The notes beneath the pieces were generated by a model. It had not been told where the DNA came from and did not search any database. It saw nothing but the letters and a program-made list of their open reading frames with translations. A DNA stretch of 64,000 nt from Eledone cirrhosa (lineage: Eukaryota), in assembly GCA_964016885.1 (NCBI GenBank), contig OZ024752.1, positions 49,972,001 to 50,036,000 of the forward strand. Reading direction: 5' to 3'. Both the position numbers and the translations under genes were made by a program. Positions 56,913 to 64,000 of the stretch are shown here, piece by piece (positions within the stretch are counted from its first letter, which is position 1; each line of letters begins with the position of its first letter).

Positions 56913-57931
56913 AGAATATAGATTTTATATGTGGCCGGTGTTCTGGTGCAATAAGTAGCAGCAAGTGCCCACAAAATACTAGCTCATTTCATTGCACAGA
57001 TGGTTCTATAGAAATAGTGGACACCTTCCGTTACCTGGGTGACAAAATCAGCAGTGGGGGAGGGTGCTCTGAAAGTACAGTAGCTAGAATCAGAACTGGA
57101 TGGAAAAAGTTCAGAGAGCTTATACCACTATTAGCCGCTAAAGGGTTCTCTCTAAAAATGAAAGGCAGGCTGTATGATGCCTGCATACAAACAGCAATGT
57201 TACATGGCAGTGAGACCTGGGCATTGTGTGCAGAGGATATACGCAGACTGGAAAGGAATGAAGCTTGCATGCTCTGCTGGATGTGTTATAGTAATATACG
57301 TGAACGGCAAAGCATAAACGAACTAAGGGAGAAATTAGGAATAAGAGGGATCAGATGTTGTTTACTCAAGAGAAGACTACATTGGTACGGTCACGTGATG
57401 CGCATGAAAGATGACAGCTGTATAAAAAAGTGCAGGGCGATAATAATAGACGGTAGCCACGGAGTAGGCAGACCCAGAAAAACCTGGGACGACTTGATAA
57501 ATTCCGACCTCACACACTTACACCTCTCCAAGACAATGTCACTGGACCGAGATCTTTGGCACTACACAAAGCGAAACCTACAGTCAGTAGGCACCTCTAA
57601 CAAAAATACACCCCTGTCCCACTACCCCCACCCCATCCACACCACCCCCTTCAATGTGAAGTTATGTTGGTACCACAACATCCAGTCCGAAACAAATGAG
57701 GTCGTGTAGGTGGCACGACAAAAAAAACACACAGTCCACGCTGTAATGTGGCCATGTAGGTAACACGGTAAAAACCTCCCAGTCCACACTGTAAACGTGG
57801 TTGGTGTTAGGAAGGGCATCCAGCCGTAGAAAACCTGCCAGACAGTCCTATACAAGCAGGACAACAAATCTTGCCTCAAGTGGGAAAACACCCGTCCAAA
57901 CCCATGCAAGCGTGGAAGATAGACGTTAAAC

Positions 57932-57963
<32 letters not shown>
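56911..57963 (+). mobile_element. 5'-truncated sister copy of the RTE LINE at 1-3833, inserted in (TA)n
   Basis: Aligns to 2756-3833 (KNIDFICGRC..DRDLW, 3' UTR, (GAT)n); a short deletion removes the native stop codon. Confidence 0.95.
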
Positions 57964-57964
<1 letters not shown>

Positions 57965-59474
57965 ATATATATATATATATATATATAAGAAATACTTAGA
58001 ATATTGGTTAATAAAACATAAAACTGAGAAATGGTGAATAGAACTTTGAGAAGGAAACATACATAATTTATGTTAATACGTATAACTCTTCTAATATTAT
58101 CTACATTTAATTAGTGATTAAATAAATAAATAAATAAATCCAGGCATGGTCTTGTGATTTCCATAATAAAAATTCTATCCTTATACATACACAAACACCA
58201 TAAAAAACAACAACAATGACAACAACTGCAAAATTCATGTAAAAGAAATAAGAAAATTATTTCAAAAAGATACACACACGAGACTATCATTTCATTTTTT
58301 TTTTTTCCTGTATTATTTAATTTGTAATTATCAAGATATAAATACTAATAATATTTATTTCAGATAGGATAGAAAGCAGTTAGTGGTTTTGTTTGAAAGA
58401 GGCAGTTCAAACTTGGAAAATCAACTGATGATATAAAGGGACTTATAATTAAAAAAGGTGTAAAATTTCAAAACTATATGAAGAAGGCTGGAGATGACAC
58501 TTTAATTAACCTCATTATTTCATGAAGTTACTCATATGTAAAACGTTTCATTATTTTTACACATATTTAAAATTTTTTTGTTTTGTTTTGTTTGGTGAGG
58601 GGGGGGGGGTCTTCTTCTTCTTCCCACTAGTTAGTATTCTATTGACTGAAGGAGATTCTTGCATCTATTACTGAAGACAAAAAAAAAAGGTTTGTCTAAT
58701 AACATCCACACATAAATAAATATATACACATGCACACACACAAATATATACATATATAAATATATATATATATATGCACATAAATACATACATACATACA
58801 TATACACACACACATATATATATATGTATGTATACATATACATAAATACATACATGCATACCTAGCTACATACATACATACATTGATACATACATAAATA
58901 TATACATACATTCATACATACATACATTTATACATACATAAATACGTACATACATGCATACCAAGCTACATATGTACATACATACACGTACATTCACACA
59001 CATACATGCGCACACACATACACACCCCCACATATGCACACACACACATACATACACGCACACACACACACATACATACATACATACATACATACATACA
59101 TACATACATACATACATACATACATACATACATACATACATACATACATACATAAAAACAAAAATTGAAAATAGGATTGAAAATTTTATTTTTTTCAAAT
59201 TTCAAAATTTATTTCAAAATATTTCTTTATTTCTTTATTCATTTATTTTTAAATTTTTTTTAAAAATTCTTATAAATAAAGATAAAATTTGAAATTATTA
59301 CAGTTCCACAGCAAATTAATGTTCTGCAAAAATCTATGAAAGCCTTCATAGATTCTAATTCCTCGGGTTATTTTGAAAATGAAAGTTTTAAAAATATTAT
59401 TTAACCAAAAAAAGAAAAAAATGATATATATCATTAGTTATATAGATAAAGTGTATGATTGTTGTTGTTTTCAC

Positions 59475-59510
<36 letters not shown>

Positions 59511-59874
59511 TTATTACTGAACTGTTCAGAGTGGTTTTTTTTTTTTCAAATTACAAGATTTCATCAAGTAAAACTGTGTGGAATAATAATTTTAGAAGGT
59601 TTCTTTTCAGACAGGGAGCTTTCAAAGAATTTATAAGTTTATCCTTGCAGGGTTCATAGTTACCCTATGACCCTATGGGGGATATGATCAACTAAACCCT
59701 TTCAAAGCAATATAATGACCCAATATGGCTGATATGATCAACTAAAGCCTTTCAATACACTGACCCAATATGGCTACAATCTAATGACTGAAACTGGTAA
59801 ATGAATAAAATACAAAAAATAACATAAAAATAAAGGTTTGAATGCCATCACATAGATAAATCTAAGAAACACAC

Positions 59875-59913
<39 letters not shown>

Positions 59914-60877
59914 AAATTAAATTTAAGTTGAAAACAAAGACATTAATTATTTGGTAGATTTTTTTTAGTGAATGATAAAAAAAAATGCATATAATAATAA
60001 TAATAATTGTTTCTACGTTTGGCACAAGGCCAGCAATTACCCCAGAGCATTACTGGTACTTTATTTTATGGAACCCATAAGGATGAAAGGCAAAGTTAAC
60101 CTCGGCGGAATTTGAACTCAGAATGGCAAGGGCCGTAACTCTATGCATAAAAGCATGGCGTCCGACCCTCTACCGATACTGCCAATCCACCGCCCTTATG
60201 ATAATAATAATAATTGTTGCTACTTTTGGCACAAGGCCAGCAATTACCCAGTGCATTACTGGTACTTTTTATTATCGACCCCGTAAGGATGAAAGGCAAA
60301 GTCAACCTCGGCGGGATTTGAACTCAGATCGTAAAGGGACGTAACTATGCTGGAAATGATAATAATAATAATGGTTTCTTTATTGGCCACAAGGGTTAAC
60401 AGGAAGAAAAACATTACAGACGGTACAGGACGATACAAAGTGGGTTTGGGCCATGTAAAAAAGGTTATAACAAGAAGATAGAAATGTCAACAAAAAAAAA
60501 AAAAATCAAACATAAAAATATTTAAAAAATTACAACAACAATAATGATAATAAAAAAAGTATAAAATAGATGTGTTGAAACTATTTTAGGATTAAAATTT
60601 AGAGGAAAGCCATTAATCAAAATCAGGTTTTTGAAAAATGACAATCACTCATAGATGAGCTGTAAGAATTGTTTAATAGTAACTAGTATTTCTTTTGGTA
60701 ATTCTTGTGTCCTGATAAATCAAACCTGAATGAGACGACGGTTTATTTATTGTATTTATTTTGTGTGTGTGTGTATGTATGTGGTATGTGTGTGTGTGTT
60801 TGTGTATGTGAGTGTGTGGTGTATGTGTGTGTGTGTACTTTGCCCTGTTTTTAATCATCATCGTCCTCCTCATTAAA

Positions 60878-60988
<111 letters not shown>

Positions 60989-61254
60989 GCATACAAACAC
61001 ACACACACATACACACACATACACACACATACATACACACATACACACATATGTATTGACCCTCATTTCATTCCAACTAGGCCCCAGTTGACATTTTAAT
61101 GGATTTTTCTGAAGAATTCTTTTAAAATGCAAATGGTCTACTAGCAGACTCACAGCACCATTGTTCACTGAACTACCACTGTTTGACGTCATCATTTTAA
61201 CTGTTACCATCTTAGGCTGCCATGTAAATGACAGCTGGTGAAGGTGTGACCTGA

Positions 61255-62300
61255 CAGACAGCCAACCAACCAGCCAACCAGCCAGACAGCCAGCCAACCA
61301 GCCAACCAGACAGCCAGCCAACCAACAAACTAACCAGCCAGCCAACCAACAAACTAACCAGCCAGCCAACCAACAAACTAACCAGCCAACCAACAAACCA
61401 GACAGCTAGCCAACAAACTAACCAGCCAACCAGACAGCTAGCCAACAAACTAACCAGCCAACCAGACAGCTAGCCAACAAACTAACCAGCCAACCAGACA
61501 GCTAGCCAACAAACTAACCAGCCAACCAGACAGCCAACCAACCAACCAGCCAACCAACCAACCAGCCAGCCAACAATCCAGCCAACCAACAAACCACCCA
61601 ACCAACCAACCAGCCAGCCAACCAACCAGACAGCCAACAAACAAACCAACCAGCCAACCAACAAACCAACCAACCAACTTGCCAACTAACCAGCCAACCA
61701 TCCAGCCAGCCAACCAACCAGCCAACCAACAAACTAACCAACCAGCCAACCAACAAACTAACCAGCCAGCCAACCAACCAGACAGCCAACCAACAAACCA
61801 ACCAGCCTAGCAGCCAACCAGACACCTAGACAGCCAACCAACCAGACAGCCAGCCAACCAGCCAGCCAGCAAACCAACCAGCCAACCAGCCAGCCAGACA
61901 CCTAAACAGCCAGCTAACCAACAAACCAGCCAGCCAACAAACCAACCAGCCAGCCAACAAACCAACCAGCCAGCCAACAAACCAACCAGCCAACCAACCA
62001 ACCAGACAGCCAGCCAACCAGCCAGCCAGCAAACCAACCAGCCAACCAGCCAGCCAGACACCTAGACAGCGAGCTAACCAACAAACCAACCAGCCAACAA
62101 ACCAACCAGCCAGCCAACAAACCAACCAGCCAACCAACCAACCAGACAGACAGCCAACCAGCCAGCCAGCAAACCAACCAGCCAACCAGCCAGCCAGACA
62201 CCTAGACAGCCAGCTAACCAACAAACCAACCAGCCAACAAACCAACCAGCCAACCAACCAACCAACCAACCAACAAACCATCCAACCAGCTGGCCAGCCA
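61255..62300. repeat. Complex (CCAA/CCAG)n tetranucleotide array with higher-order blocks
   Basis: Recurring CAGACACCTAGACAGC and AACAAACTAACCAGCC landmarks. Confidence 0.9.
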
Positions 62301-62741
62301 TCCATTCCACTAAACAGAGGTCTACCCACCTAGAACTAGAACTAGAACTAGAGAGAGAGAGAAAGAGAGAGGGAGAGAGAGAAAGAGAGAAAGAGAAGGG
62401 AGGGAGGAGGGATACAGACAAAGGACTGAACCCAGTTAGTTGTTGGAATCTGAAATAGTCTAAGGGCTTTAGTATTTGTAAGGGGAATAGGGGTTATATT
62501 GCAGATAAAAGTGTAGGTTGGTATAGAGAGATGAGAGAGGGAAGACTGAGGGAAGAATCAGATAACATGGTGGATTCATTGGATTATGTAAAAATATGCA
62601 AATGAAATGGAGGACAAGAATTCAACAATATGAAAATGAGCTTATTAGAATAATTATCAGCATTTTAATAATCACCCAGGCTGGTAATTAATTTTTTTTT
62701 TCTAATCCATATGAAGACCTGGAATCCAGGCCAACCAAATA

Positions 62742-63125
<384 letters not shown>

Positions 63126-63212
63126 ACAGTGGCAAAGAATGCTGCAGTTTTAAGAAGATATTGAAGTAATAAACACTTTGAGGAAAAGAAAGAAAAGAAT
63201 CTCTGTAGAAAC

Positions 63213-64000
63213 CACCCAGCCCACACTGTAAAGTGGTCATGTAGGTGTCATGACAAAAAGCACCCAGTCCACACTGTAAAGTGGTCATGTAGGTGTCACA
63301 ACAAAAGTAACCAGTCCACACTGTAAAGTGGTCATGTAGGTGTCACAACAAAAGCAGCCAGCCCACACTGTAAAGTGGTTGTGTAGGTGTCATGACAAAA
63401 AGCACCCAGTCCACATTGTAAAGTGGTCATGTAGGTGTCACAACAAAAAGCACTCAATCCACACTGTAAACTGGTCATGTAGGTGTCACAACAAAAGCAC
63501 CCAGTCTACACTGTAAAGTAGTCATGTAGGTGTCACAACAAAAAACACCCAGTCCACACTGTAAACTGGTCATGTAGGTGTCACAACAAAAAACACCCAG
63601 TCCACACTGTAAACTGGTCATGTAGGTGTCACAACAAAAAGCACCCAGTCCACACTGTGGTCATGTAGGTGTCACAACAAAAAGTACCCAGTCCACACTG
63701 TAAAGTGGTCATGTAGGTGTCACAACAAAAAGCACCCAGTCCACACGGAAAAGTGGTAATGTAGGTGTCACAACAAAAAGCACCCAGTACACACTATAAA
63801 GTGGTCATGTAGGTGTCACAACAAAAAGCACCCAGTCCACACTGTAAAGTGGTTCTGTAGGTGTCACGACAAAAAGCACCCAGTCCACACGGAAAAGTGG
63901 TTGTGTAGGCATCACAACAGAAGTACCCAGTCCACACTGTAAAGTGGTCATGTAGGTGTAACAACAAAAAGCCTCAGTCCACACTGTAAAGTGGTTGTGT
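63213..64000 (+). repeat. ~47-48-bp tandem array (16 or more units, runs off the window) derived from the RTE/SINE 3' UTR
   Basis: Unit CACCCAGTCCACACTGTAAAGTGGTCATGTAGGTGTCACAACAAAAAG matches LINE UTR ~3580-3675 and SINE ~24965-25020. Confidence 0.9.

Noticed and set aside
61154-61250. Possible 97-bp minus-strand exon (CAG..GTGAGT), frame-compatible with the KIF17 exon
   Set aside because: Peptide SHLHQLSFTWQPKMVTVKMMTSNSGSSVNNGA does not resemble the coiled coil expected upstream, and the acceptor derives from a microsatellite; needs RNA-seq.

Overview
AT-rich, repeat-saturated animal DNA, most likely a coleoid cephalopod such as Octopus (inferred from the SINE/LINE landscape). The window is largely intronic or intergenic. 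One well-supported host exon (53968-54235, minus strand) encodes a kinesin-2 KIF17/OSM-3-like stalk/tail segment. The window also holds an intact RTE-clade LINE (APE + RT with a PHD-type C4HC3 finger inserted at the RT C-terminal end), a 5'-truncated sister copy, tRNA-headed SINEs that share the RTE 3' tail, R4/Dong and CR1-like relics, hAT- and piggyBac-type MITEs, a Helitron-type end, and Penelope-like fragments with minimal hammerhead motifs inside (TA)n tracts. The most striking pattern is that seven unrelated tandem arrays (13/26, 72, 13, 44, 31, 61 and ~47 bp units) each trace to sequence inside a mobile element. The largest is an 8.4-kb, 644-monomer satellite with nested higher-order structure that splits an RTE ORF2 relic at its MCTVNVH codons. 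Nearly all other ORFs in the track are microsatellite translation artefacts. No database searches were run; family names come from motif recognition.
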